In this document: positions 14,373 to 26,518 of the stretch, piece by piece
How positions within the stretch are numbered: position 1 is the stretch's first letter
Layout: each line of letters opens with the position of its first letter
NCBI GenBank assembly: GCA_951406725.2
Contig: OX597826.1
Coordinates: 81,096,001 to 81,160,000, forward strand
Source of the DNA: Octopus vulgaris
Lineage: Eukaryota
DNA: 64,000 nucleotides
Direction: 5' to 3'
Notes under the pieces: generated by a model
Told to the model about the DNA's origin: nothing
Database searches by the model: none
Seen by the model: only the letters and a program-made list of their open reading frames with translations
Translations under genes and position numbers: made by a program

Positions 14373-14715
14373 TAATAATAATGATTACCTTTAATAATGG
14401 TTTCAAATGGCTTGAGGCCAATGGTTTCGGGGGAGGAGGTAAGTTGATTATATTGATCCCAGTGTTCAACTGGGACTTATTTTATCAACTTCCAAAAGGA
14501 TGAAAGGTACAGTCGACCTCAGCAGAATTTGAACTCAGAACATAAAGACAGACAAAATACAGCTAAACATTTTGTCCAGCATGTTAGCCAGCTCACTGCC
14601 TTAATAATAATGATAATGATAATAATAATAATGATGATGATGATGATGATGATAAAGAAGCAGTTATTGCAATATATATCTCGTCTCTGGCACTGTTTTC
14701 TATTAATATTTTCAG

Positions 14716-14819
14716 CCATCCATGAGAAAATATTCATCGTGTTTATGGCGACCTCCTTATGTTACATGTTATTAAACACTATCCTGTTCCGCTGGACCAG
14801 AGATAAGGTCACTGAAGCA
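14716..14819 (+). CDS. PGAP2: PGAP2 internal coding exon
   Basis: Acceptor attttcag|CC completes the split C|CC Pro codon. Encodes IHEKIFIVFMATSLCYMLLNTILFRWTRDKVTEA (cf. [27 protein letters not shown]). Donor GCA|gtaagt, phase 0. Confidence 0.93.
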
Positions 14820-14888
14820 GTAAGTATTATTTATGCATATTATACTGAATGTTCTGTGTGTGTGTGTTTGGCTTCATCTACATGTGTA

Positions 14889-14936
<48 letters not shown>

Positions 14937-16696
14937 TATATGTATGTACATATATGTATACACATATATATATATATATGTGTGTGTGTGAGTAGGTGGA
15001 TGCATGTGTGAATATGTGTATGGACATTCATCATCTTCATTTAGCATCCGTTTTCCATGCTGGCATGGGTTGGACAGTTTGACTGCAAACTGGTAAGCTA
15101 GGGAGCTGTACCAGGTTCCAGTCTGATTTGGAATGGTTTCTGTAGCCGGATGCCCTTCCCAATGCCATCCACGCCAAGAGTGTAGTATTAAAAGAATATT
15201 CTTAAACCTGTGCTCTTATGTTCTTGGGAACTGTTACAGATTGTTTTTTTTTGGGGTGGGGACTTTGATAGGGGACTGGCTTTTGCTAAAGCCTCAAAAA
15301 TTTCTCAATTAAATTGACTTCAGAAATACATTTGTGACATTGGTAGAGATTTTGATTACCAATTCTGCTAGGATTAATAGTCAATTCTGGTGGATCAATA
15401 ACTAATTCTGTTGGGACTGACGACCGATTCTGCTGGGATCAATTCTGTGGAATTGACCACCAACTAAAATTCAGCTTTGATCTCTTGAGATGTTCTTTAA
15501 TTGTTTCAGTGTTTGGACCGCAGGAATGCTTGAGCCCCATCTCCAATGACCTCAGCTCCAGTACTTATTTCACTCGACTACTTACTTTATCACTTTGCTG
15601 ACCACTACTGTCATACTGGACACTTGGCCATATTGAAGGTTGTATCCTGCACACTAGTAGAGGACAATCACCACTGAAATGTATTTATATTATTGGCCAC
15701 AACACATAACATGGACTGAAAGACTAGTGAACATTCCTCCTGGGACAGGAGCAATTTCCTTTTTGGTCATGTGCTCATACCATGTGATGTTTTGGGCTCT
15801 GATGTGAAGCCTGGTGTAGATACCATCAAAGCAATCTTGATAGTCTTTCTTCATACCTCATCAAGTCTCTAACTGTATTGTACATTATATATGTAATGTT
15901 TTTTATTATATATTACAGATATATTTATTATATATATATATATCACCATTGTCATCATTTAACGTTTGTTGTCCATTCTAACATGGGTCAGGTGATTTGG
16001 CCAAAGCTGGTAAGCTGGAGAGAACTGTACAACACTCTAGTCTGATTTGGCATTGTTTTTACAGCTGGATGCCCTTCCTATATGTATGTGTGTGTGTGTG
16101 TGTGTGTACGTATGTATGTATGTATACATGCCAGCATGGAAAATGGATATTAAAGGATGCTGATGATGACAGTGATGATGATTTTATTATATATTACATA
16201 TGTATTTATTATATGTGAATTTTGTTGTACATTACTGTAAATATGCATGTACATTTAAGTGCAGGTATATGTATTTATGTATGTATATGTATGTATATGT
16301 GTGTGTATTTATATTTATAACTTAACTTTATGTACTTTCTAAAATCTCTGACGAAGCCTAGAGAAACAGCCAAGTACCTTATTTCCATCTACTAATTACT
16401 TCATTCTACTGGAGGGATAAAAGTAGAATGGGGTATTTTTGCCTCTTGGCTGAAACAGCTGTAAGATATTATCCCAATTTCTATTACTCTGTGTTATATT
16501 TGAATAATTACTGATATTTTCATATTTTACATATTCTATATGTAAAGCATAATATATTATATGTATGTATATTGTAGTAATTGTCCTTTTAGTAAATAAA
16601 TAAATAAATTGACTTAATATAATGTCTAAAAGTTGATGAATGCCACCAATTGATCCCCTCCATTTTCTTATTGCTCTCACATATATATATATATGT

Positions 16697-16991
16697 GGAG
16701 GCGCAATGGCCCAGTGGTTAGGGTAGCGGACTCGCGGTTGTAGGATCGCGGTTTCGATTCCCAGACCGGGTGTTGTGAGTGTTTATTGAGCGAAAACACC
16801 TAAAGCTCCACGGGGCTCCGGCAGGGTGGTGGCAATCCCTGCTGTACTCTTTCACCACAACTTTCTCTCACTCTTTCATCTGTTGGCCTGCTCGCTTAGC
16901 CAGCGGGGTGGCGTCATTTGAAGGCTAAAACAATGCGAAGCGCATTGTAACCAGCGATGTGTAGCAACATCTGATAGCTTGGTCGGTCACG

Positions 16992-16995
<4 letters not shown>
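16697..16995 (+). mobile_element. Young tRNA-derived SINE in (TA)n
   Basis: A box TGGCCCAGTGG and B box GGTTTCGATTCC; CpG-rich and little decayed; flanked by TA repeats. Confidence 0.8.
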
Positions 16996-17047
<52 letters not shown>

Positions 17048-17563
17048 TACCAGTTAAAGAATAGTATTTATGTATATATATCCACTTACTAAAATGTACA
17101 ATAAAGTCATCCACTTTATGGCTATGAATGAGTACAATAACTGTTTAATGCTCAATTTTACTCCCGATGAAACTGTGTTTGTGAGGCTACTTCATGTATC
17201 ACAAGTGCTGAAGAACAGAAATACTCTGGGATGAAACATTCAAAAGATTAATTATTGAAAGATAAGATAGTTTTTGTTATATTTTTTTAAAGAATTACAT
17301 TAAAGTAAGAGGCGTATTCGAAGTAAAACAAAAGTCATTGATGAACATAAAATAAATATAGCAAATATCAGATAAAGCTAATCTTATTAGATAACCATTT
17401 TGTGCACGTGTGTGTGAGGGGGAGAGAGAAAGAGAGAGATAATTTATGGGTGCGTAAAATTCTTATTAATGACACAGTGAAAATATGATTACATCAATAA
17501 ATCATTTTTTTTAAAAAGTGCAAAATTATGCAATAATTCATATAACTTCTACTACACGTATTG

Positions 17564-17594
<31 letters not shown>

Positions 17595-17736
17595 GATAGA
17601 CAGATAAATATTCATAGTTATATGTTTATGTATGCGTGTGTGAGTGTGTTTGTGTGTGTGTATTTATATATTTATACATATACATTTTTAAATATATCAT
17701 TTTTATCCCATTGTTATACTTACAGTGCGCTCATAC

Positions 17737-17766
<30 letters not shown>

Positions 17767-17769
<3 letters not shown>

Positions 17770-18825
17770 AGGTGCAGTGAATAAATTGTTGTCTAAATTA
17801 TGCAAAAATGAAAATAGCACTGACATCTCATTTTAACAGATATATTTACCAAAATTTCATAAAAAATATCTTGGAATACTAAAGAGTAAATTTATTCAAT
17901 AAAATCGCCATTGGCTCCAACCGCAACCTCCAGACAACTTTGGAATCTCCTTCAACTCTTCTGGACGGTCACCTTGTTTAAGTTGGTGAATGCTGCCATA
18001 ATCTTTGCCTTCATCTTTGGTGTTACAAGGAGTTTTGTTGGTCTCTTGCTCAACTGCACCCCACACTTATAATCAAAGGGGTTACAGTCTAGGGAGTTAG
18101 GTGGCGAGATGTTAGGGTTGATGTGGTTGCAGAAATTGTCTGACAGCCGTGACTGGGTTTTCCTGCTTGTGTGGGATGGTGCAGAGTCCCGTTGCCAGAC
18201 ATAGATTCTTCCAGCAGCCACCCTTTTCAACCAGAGCAGTACTACCTCCTCCAGGCACTTGATGTAGGCCTCTGTGTTGAGAAGATGAATGGAGGCATGA
18301 CATCGCCATTACTAGTGATCACTCCAAACACCATGATGTTTACCGGATGTTTGATCTTTATCAGTCTTAGTACATGTTTTGGGGACATGGCAAACCAAAG
18401 GTTGTTCTGTGTGTTCACCATCTGATCTTGGCAGAAATTTTTCTTGCCTGAGAAAAACCAAAGCATGTTCAGTTGAAAGGGATGCTTGAGTCTGTTCAAA
18501 AGCTTTGTTGCACAGTCTTTTCTCTTCTCTTTGATTGCTTGGGGCAAAAACTGGTCCTTTCTCATCTTGTATGAAGAATACCGAATGTCTTCATGCACCT
18601 CTTTTGCCTGATAAGAAACTGAGGCACTTCCATGTCCTTGGTGATGGACCTGATTGACTTGGAGGGGTCATTGTCAATCATGACCAGGATCTCACCAACA
18701 GATTCAGGAGTTCTTTTTTTATCAGAACGATCAGAGTGAGTTTTCGAAGCTGCCGTACTTTTGTAGCCACCATTAAACTCATCCAGCTCTTTCTGAATAC
18801 TCTGCACTGTCCTCAGATTGACACC
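17767..18825 (-). mobile_element. Decayed Tc1/mariner transposon, DD37D (maT) family
   Basis: Pieces: DNDPSKSIRSITKDM (HTH), WFFS(G)KKNF, IMVFGVITSNG, YVWQRDSAPSHTS...PPNSLDCNPFDY with 37 residues between the second and third Asp, and C-terminus LEVAVGANGDFIE-stop. Contains frameshifts. Confidence 0.88.
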
Positions 18826-19843
18826 CAGATACTCTGTCCATCTTCCATGCTGGCATGGGTTGGACAGCTTGTCTGGTTCCTATGGCCCAGAAAACTCCAT
18901 TGTCTGTTTTATATGGTTTCTATGGCTGGATGCTCTTCTTCATTGCAACAACTCTACAGAGTGTACTAGGTGCTTTTTCATGACACCAGCACGTCTTGTG
19001 AGATCACCACGTAGCTTGCCAGATTAAAGTCCTCATTATCTAAGTAGGACTATAGTAGATGAGGAGGCAGCCTCACAGTAGGTGATGGGAAGTAAAGGTA
19101 TGAAGAAAAGGGCCAGAACAGGTTTCTCGCTGCAGAGGAGATACATGGCTGGCCACATTATGCAAGAGCGGATGGAATTAAGCAGTGTGGAATTGGAAAG
19201 AGAGATAAAGATGGTGGGATGACAAGGTGTGTTGGGTTAGGCCCTGGGGTAGAAGAAATGAAAGGAAGGCTGGGTAGAGTTAGCAAAAATTCCTGCCAAC
19301 ACCTTGGCATATGACCAATTAACTGTACATCAAGATTTTATTGGTTGCCAAAAAATCTGTTAGAAAATGTTTTTATTCAATTGCGATACACCGAGTGTGT
19401 CGTAGTTTCGTCTATTCACAAGTAAAGACACCCTACATTTTCCAGTATCATTTGTGTAACACACATAATCAAGGAAAGTGGCCATTGTTGATGGAGGCTT
19501 TGTGTGGATGAATAAATGAGTGCTTTTTTTAAAATTTAATGACCATTATGTGTAGGAAATATACTGTTTTAGGTGGTTACTTGTTGGAAACTCCTCAATG
19601 AATTGTGTTTTAAGAATTCACCGATTTGAATCTTTTGTTCAAATTTATAAAAGGTTGTAATAAAATGTTTTACTTCCCCGAAGAGCTTGAGATCTCATTC
19701 ATCAAAATATCGAGTGTTTTCACACATGAATAGATGAGGTTGTAGTTAGAGGTGCAGGCATAGCTGTGTGGCTTTTCTACAATAGCCCTGGGCTGACCAA
19801 AGCCTTGTCAGTGGATTTGGTAAACAGAAACTGAAAGAAGCCC

Positions 19844-19884
<41 letters not shown>

Positions 19885-20926
19885 CTTTGTCTTGACAACA
19901 CATGGTTGTTGTAAATGAATATCTTTCCTTTCCAATATTCTGTGGAAACATGTCTGCCCATAGGGAAATATTTCCTTGCTTGGAATAAACTTTGGTGACA
20001 GGAAGGACATCCAGATGTAGAAAATTTACCTCAACAAAAATTCCTTCGGACCCATGCAAGCATGGAAAAGAGGGCATTAAAATGATGATACGCACACACA
20101 CACACACACACACCTTTTATCATTTGTTTCACTCATTAAACTGTGGCCATGCTGGAGTGCCACTTTGAATGGTTTTAGTCAAAAAATTGACCCCAGCTCT
20201 TATTCGTTAGTCTAATACTTCTTGTATTGCTCTCTTTTACCAAAATGCTAGGTTATGGTGATATAAACAAACCAACACTGGTTGTCCAGGCCAACCAAAG
20301 CCTTGTAAGTGGATTTGATAGATTAAAAGAAGCTCATCGTATGTGTGTTTGTGACCCACCACCGCTTGGCAACCAGTGTGGGTTTGTTTACATCCTTGTA
20401 ATTTAATGGTTCAGTCAAAGAGAAAGAGAGAATATGTACCAGGCTTAAAAATAAGTCCTGGGGTCAATTCATTCGACTAGAACCCTTCAAGGCAGTGCCC
20501 CAGCATGGCCACAGTCCAAATGATTGAAACAAGTAAAAGATACAAGATGAGAAATATTACATAATTCTTCTAATCATAGCGCACGCGCACACACACACAC
20601 ACACACACACACAAACACGCACGCATGCACATCACCAAATCTCTCTTCTCACTTGTCATCTAATTCCAGATTCTCACCAACTTAGTCTAATACTCATTTT
20701 TATCATGTAATAATTTATCTTTCTATAATCTGATAAGCTACAATTTTTTTTTTGTTTTTTACATTTTAATATAAATTCTAGTTGGTTATTTTGCAGGTTT
20801 TTTAAAATTCAAATATAGTTTCAATTCACTCCTCTTTTATTTAGCTTATAATGCTGATACTGTAAACTATCATCATTATCATCATTATTATCAACAGCAT
20901 CATTATCATCATCATCTATTATCATC

Positions 20927-20957
<31 letters not shown>

Positions 20958-21386
20958 TGCTTAGTTACAAACCTGTAAACTGCTAACATCTCTCTTACCT
21001 CAGCTATCAGAAACTCGTTAGTTTATTAGACTTTTTGTGTCTTTTTTTGTTTTTTTTTTTTGCTATTTTATATTTTAGCATTAAAAAAATATTTAAGATT
21101 AAACAAAATAAAAATATCTTTTAACTGATAAAAGCTTCTTAGTATTAATTGTAAATCTAAGTGTGTGTGTGTGTGTGTGTGTGTGTGGAACGAAGAAACC
21201 TTGGTACAGTTTCATTTGTAAATGGAATCTTACATTAATTCTCGTGGAATATGTCAGTCTTATGCAATAGTTCCTTCTCATCTTAATGGAATGTGTTGTC
21301 AAATACTCCATGCACATGTGGAGAAAAAAGAAATTGTCAAGATTTAGAAACACACATGTACACTCACACACACACTCACACACACA

Positions 21387-21443
<57 letters not shown>

Positions 21444-21972
21444 ACACTCACACACACACACACACACACGTCATGGTGCTTTTCAAAGTTATCATGCCCT
21501 CATAAGAGGATGTTGTTTATGATCCCTACTCATAGAAGCAGTGGAACAAGAATATTCTATGTTGCTTTTAGAAATCCTTTTAAGGCAATGAACCGGAAGA
21601 ATTGATGACAAAATACTTGGCAGCATTTCTTCTGCCATTCTACGTCTACATTCTGAGTTCAAATTCTACCAAGGTTTACTTTGTGTTTCATCACTTCCAG
21701 GGTCAATAAAATAAGTACCAGTTAAGCACTGGGGGTCAGTGTGATCAACCAACCCCACCCCAACAACCTTAAAATTGCTGGCCTTGTGCTATTATTAGAG
21801 ATTCTTTTTAGTTAGGAACCAAAAGGACAAGATCCTGTTCAGGAAGCTGCTGAGCTTAGAGATTTTGTGATTCTCAATGACATCGTTTACCTCTCCTGCT
21901 GTGCATGATTCCTCATCTCTTAAAGAACTGTATTATCTAATTGGTACAGCGCCGACATTAGACTTCAATGGA

Positions 21973-22018
21973 GACACCTGATGAAGGCTGGAAGGTACAT
22001 CAACTGAAACGTTGTGTT
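21973..22018 (+). ncRNA. Minimal hammerhead ribozyme (family A, stem II partly decayed)
   Basis: GACAC-CUGAUGA-a-GGCUG...CAACU-GAAACGUU-GUGUU: core intact, one stem II mismatch. Confidence 0.65.
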
Positions 22019-22312
22019 AACAACAAAGAAGATGATATTTGTCCTCATCTTGTTTGTTGTTAACACAACATTTTGGCAGATGTACTCTCCAGCCTTCATC
22101 AAGTGTCCCAGGGGAATTTTAAACTTGGGTTCTCATTCCTAAAGTATTTTTCCGATGTTATTATTATTATTATCTTTCAGGTCACTGCCTGGAATCGAAC
22201 TTGGAATCTTGGGGTTAGTAGCCTGTGCTCTTAACTGCATATGGCGTAGTGGTTAAGAGCATGGGCTACTAACCCCAAAATTTCGAGTTCGATTCCAGGC
22301 AGTGACCTAAAC

Positions 22313-22344
<32 letters not shown>

Positions 22345-22412
22345 TAATAGTAGTAGTAGTAACATCAGAAAAATACTTTAGGAATGAGAACCCAGGTTTG
22401 AAATTTCCCCAA

Positions 22413-22458
22413 GACACCTGATGAAGGCTGGAGGGTAGATCAGCCGAAACGTTGTGGT
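22413..22458 (+). ncRNA. Minimal type I hammerhead ribozyme (family A, intact core)
   Basis: gaCAC-CUGAUGA-a-GGCUG-gaggguagau-CAGCC-GAA-ACGU-U^GUG. Stem I CAC/GUG (GACAC/GUGUU in sister copies), stem II GGCUG/CAGCC, palindromic stem III ACGU. Predicted cleavage after GUU at 22453. Confidence 0.8.
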
Positions 22459-22780
22459 AACAACAAATAAGATGAGGACAAATATCCATCAAATGTAAAT
22501 AATGTTAATAATTCCTCATCTCTTAAATATAGAACTGTAGAATGGAGAATTATATTAGTTATCTACTTAATTATCTCTGATTAGTCGGAAATGAAGCACA
22601 TTTTATTGCAGAGAGTAATAATCATAAGAAGAAATATGTGTGTGTGTGTGTGTGTTTGTGGTAGAATGGTATTGGTTGGTGGTGGGGAGCAGTGAGGGAG
22701 GGGTCGTTAAGTTCTCAGTCATTAAAAAGATACAGAAACTGCTTCATTTAGAGGTGAGTTAGAGGTCAAGAGTCTTTGAA

Positions 22781-23345
22781 GACAGGAGTTGCTGCGTGGT
22801 AAGAAGCTTGCTTCCCAACCACATGGTTCCGGGTTCAGTCCCACTGCATGGCACCTTGAACAAGTGTTTTTACTATAGCCTTGGGCTGACCCAAGTCTTG
22901 TGAGTGGATTTGGTAGACGGAAACTGAAAGAAGCCCGTCATGTATTTATGTGTGTTTGTGTGGCTGTGTTTGACCCCCTCCCATCATCACTTGACAATCA
23001 TTGTTGGTGTGTTCACATCCCCGTAACTTAGCAGTTTGGCAAAAGAGACCAATAGAATAAGTACTAGGCTTACAAGAATAAGTCTTGAGGTCGATTTGTT
23101 TGACTAAAGGCAGTGCTCCAGCATGGCCGCAGTCAAATGACTGAAACATGTAAAAGAGTAAATGTGTATATATATGTGTGTGTCTGTGTTTGTCCACACA
23201 CCATCACTTAACAACCGATGTTGGTGTGTTTACATCCCCGTAACTTAGCAGTTCAGCAAAAGAGACCAATAGAATAAGTACTAAGCTAACAAAAGACGGT
23301 GCTCCAGCATGGCCGCAGTCAAATGACTGAAACATGTAAAAGAAT
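22781..23345 (+). mobile_element. tRNA-derived SINE family 2 with duplicated 3' half (representative)
   Basis: TGCGTGGTAAGAAGCTTGCTTCCCAACCACATGGTTCCGGGTTCAGTCCC head, accttg..caagtg CORE-like segment, internal (TG)n, tail CAGCATGGCCGCAGTCAAATGACTGAAAC. Copies at 3130-3280 (-), 19748-20550, 23774-24197 (-), 33980-34380 and 59720-60070. Confidence 0.85.
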
Positions 23346-23687
23346 AAAAGAATGGCAAGATGAGGAGACTGACAAGATTCAAGCCTTATGTGACGATGGA
23401 GAAGTTTTGACTGCACGGAAATCAGAGGCAGTGAGTTTAACCCCTTCAGCGTAGGTGGCTGCCGACAGAGTCAGTGTTATCTTATTGCTTTATCTGGGGA
23501 AACAGTAGTTCCCATGACCCTTTTCACCATCTGTCCCTCGGGAGTTAAAGGCACACAATGGCCAGATGGTAAAATAGATTATGGGTTAAGCCTGTTACTA
23601 CCATTATATTTTTGCATGTTACCGAGAGGAAAAGGAGAAAAGTCTTTGAGCCAGAGTAACAGAGAGTGTGTACCTCTTCTTCTTGAC

Positions 23688-23975
23688 CAGTGGTTCCCAA
23701 CCTGTGGTCTGCAAACCCCTGGTGGTCCACAAATGGAGTACTGGAGACAAAATTTCAGATATATATATATATACTCTTTTACTTGTTTCAGTCATTTTGA
23801 CTGTGGCCATGCTGGAGCACCACCTTTAGTCGAGCAAATCGACCCCAGGACTTATTCTTTGTAAGCCTAGTACTTATTCTATCGGTATCTTTTGCTGAAC
23901 CGCTAAGTTACAAGGACGTAAACACATCAGCATCGGTTGTCAGGCGATGTTGGGGGGACAAACACAGACACACAA

Positions 23976-24020
<45 letters not shown>

Positions 24021-24216
24021 CATACATATATATACGACGGGCTTCTTTCAGTTTCCATCTACCAAATCCACTCACAAGGCTTTGATTGGCCTGAGACTAT
24101 AGTAGAAGACACTTGCCCAAGGTGCCACGCAGTGGGACTGAACCCGGAACCATGTGGTTGGTAGGCTAGCTATTTACCACACACCCACCCCTATGCCTAT
24201 ATGTGTGTGTGTGTAT

Positions 24217-24256
<40 letters not shown>

Positions 24257-24339
24257 GGATAAGCATATTAAAAGGGGTTTGTGTGAAAGCTCATTTAAAT
24301 AAAAGGGATCCTTGGTAGGGAAAATGTTTGGAACCACTG
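23688..24339. mobile_element. hAT-type MITE interrupted by a SINE
   Basis: TIRs CAGTGGTTCCCAA / TTTGGAACCACTG. A SINE at about 23774-24197 is inserted in an internal TA run. Confidence 0.65.
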
Positions 24340-25609
24340 GCGTAGACCAAGAAAGTGCTTTCAGCCCACAAACTGGTTTTATGACTAGGCTGCAAAATTG
24401 CATTTGCTTTAATAGTTGTCTTTGTATAACCCCAGGCCAATCCTGGTTGTGCACACCTATGATTGAAGGTGCAGTTGCTGCTGTGTTAGAGTATTTATAA
24501 GTGAGTAGGGCCATAGCAGCTGGATGCACAATGTCATTCTAGAATCCCTCTCAGAGGATGACATGGCTCATCTTTGATTATTGGTCAGCGGCACCAGAGT
24601 TAATTAAATGCCACCTATTCATAGCCAGGTGGATGAAGAGGTCAGTGTCTTTTGCAAGGTCATTTGAACAATGTCGAGGATTGGATATTAAAGTGAAGTG
24701 TCTTCAGCAAAGAAGCCAGATTTCTTGTATAAGACTTCAGCACATTATAACGGTTCGTATATTCCATCCCACCACCTCAGCGATAACGTGGGAAGTGGTT
24801 GAGAAGTAAAAAGGAAAACTGAAGGAAATATTGATTCTGGAATTTGAACTAAAGCCATAACTTTTGACCTTGTAATATATCTCTATATTATTTAAGTATC
24901 TTCATTACCTCTGCTTCTTGTGGTGCTTAGGACGCAGGGAAATAAACTGCGTGAGATTATATACATACATACATACATATATATATATATATTTATATGT
25001 ATATACACCCACACACAAATTTGCCCTGGGAAAATATTAGTATATAACTGTAATAAACGTAGATATTTAGTTAAACATTGGAATTGAAGGAAATCTGTGT
25101 TTTATGTTTTGGTTTTACAGTTTGTTGAAACTAAAGAATTGAATGTTTCAGGCATTTATCCCTGTGGGGTGGGGGGAGGGGAAGAATAATGGGTTTTATT
25201 ACCAGGCTGCAAAATTGCCTATACTTTAATGACTGTTGTTGTATAACCCCAGGCAGGACTTGGTTGTGCTCACCTCTGATTAAAAGTGGTGTCTGTGTTC
25301 AGGTATTATTCATTGTGTTTTGAAGAGAGGTGGAGCAGTTGTAACAGACCTGGTTGTATAAAGAAGTTGGTCTCATAAACCTGTGGTCATTGGTTCAATA
25401 CCACTGCACAGCACCTCAGGTAAGTTTCTTCCACCACAGCCTTAGGTCAATCAATGCCTTATGAGCGAACTTTGGTGGATGGAAACTGTGTGGAAGCCCA
25501 TGGTATAAGTTTGTATTTGTGAATACCATCGTGATTAACTAGTGGTGTTTGTATTTCCAAAAGGGGCAGAATAAATCCCTAAATGAATTCATCCAGCCAT
25601 TTAATAAAC

Positions 25610-25912
25610 AGTGTGGCTTAGTGGTTAGGGTGTTCAGTTCGTGATTGTAATATCAGGAGTTCAATTCCCAGCAGTGGGTTGTGTCCTTGAGCAAGACACT
25701 TTATTTCATGTCACTCAGCTGCTAAAAATGAGTTGTACCCGTATTTTGAAGGGGCCAGCCTTGTCACATTTTGGGTCATACTGAATTCTCCAGAACTATA
25801 TTAAAGGTATTTGTGTCTGTGGAGTGCTCAGCCACTTGCACATTAATTTCACGAGCTGGCTGTTCCATTGATTGGATCAAGTGGAACCCTCGTTGTTGTA
25901 ACTGACAGAGTG
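25610..25912 (+). mobile_element. tRNA-derived SINE family 3
   Basis: A box TGGCTTAGTGG, B box GAGTTCAATTCC and gtgtccttgagcaagacactt segment; related fragments near 5180-5330 and 26590-26700. Confidence 0.7.
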
Positions 25913-26131
25913 CAAGTTTTTTTTTTTTAAACAGAGATCAATAACAGGTGTCCTGGGGTTTATGTAATTGATTTAAATCCAATGGATGAAGCCAACAGTG
26001 TATTGAGGACTACATTATCTAATGTAGGGTGCATTTCTTTTCCCACCATGATGTCCAAGGTTCCATCCCACTGCATGGCGTCTTGGATAAATGTTTGATT
26101 ATAGTCTTGAGTCAACCCTTATCTTCTAAGT

Positions 26132-26518
26132 CAGTGGTTCTCCACCAGGTTTCATATGGTCTCTGGGGTCCATTTAAGATTTTGGTGGTCCACACAAGTG
26201 AAACAGCAAATTAGGGATCCACAGTATTATTTTTAGGATCCCTGAAATGACTTTGCTTTAGATGTACTTACTGCAAGAAACAGCTGGGTTTCTTTCTCCG
26301 ATGCTTAACACAGTTCAACGGTCGAAAGATTGAACCAAGGAAAATGTGTTTGTTGCTAACATCTGCAAAAGTGAATGTTTCAAAAACAAGGTATGAATTC
26401 TGAAAGAAGTGTCTATAAAACAGGTTTTGAAAACACTGAATGGCTCTGGGGTGGGGGTTCACCAGCATAAAATAGTAATCAAAGGAATCCATAGGTAAAA
26501 AATGGTTGAGAACCACTG
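26132..26518. mobile_element. hAT-type MITE inserted into an older SINE
   Basis: TIRs CAGTGGTTCTC / GAGAACCACTG; flanking duplication TCTTCTAAGT; SINE sequence resumes on both sides. Confidence 0.75.

Larger units (their letters stand above)
21905..22537. mobile_element. Foldback element, family A (tRNA-like head + (AAT)n + hammerhead; Penelope-like pseudo-LTR arrangement)
   Basis: 22035-22235 is an inverted copy of about 22252-22485. The + arm has A box TGGCGTAGTGG (22242-22252), B box GAGTTCGATTCC (22285-22296), (AAT)n, then a hammerhead. An extra partial + copy lies at 21905-22035. Confidence 0.8.

Noticed and set aside
16348-16375. CTGACGA...GAAAC hammerhead-like spacing
   Set aside because: Stems I and II do not pair convincingly and there is no inverted arm; at best a decayed remnant.
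22242-22310. Possible tRNA gene (also 49501-49568 and 16697-16770)
   Set aside because: No proper acceptor stem or poly-T terminator, and each is embedded in a repeated element, so these are SINE-type heads.
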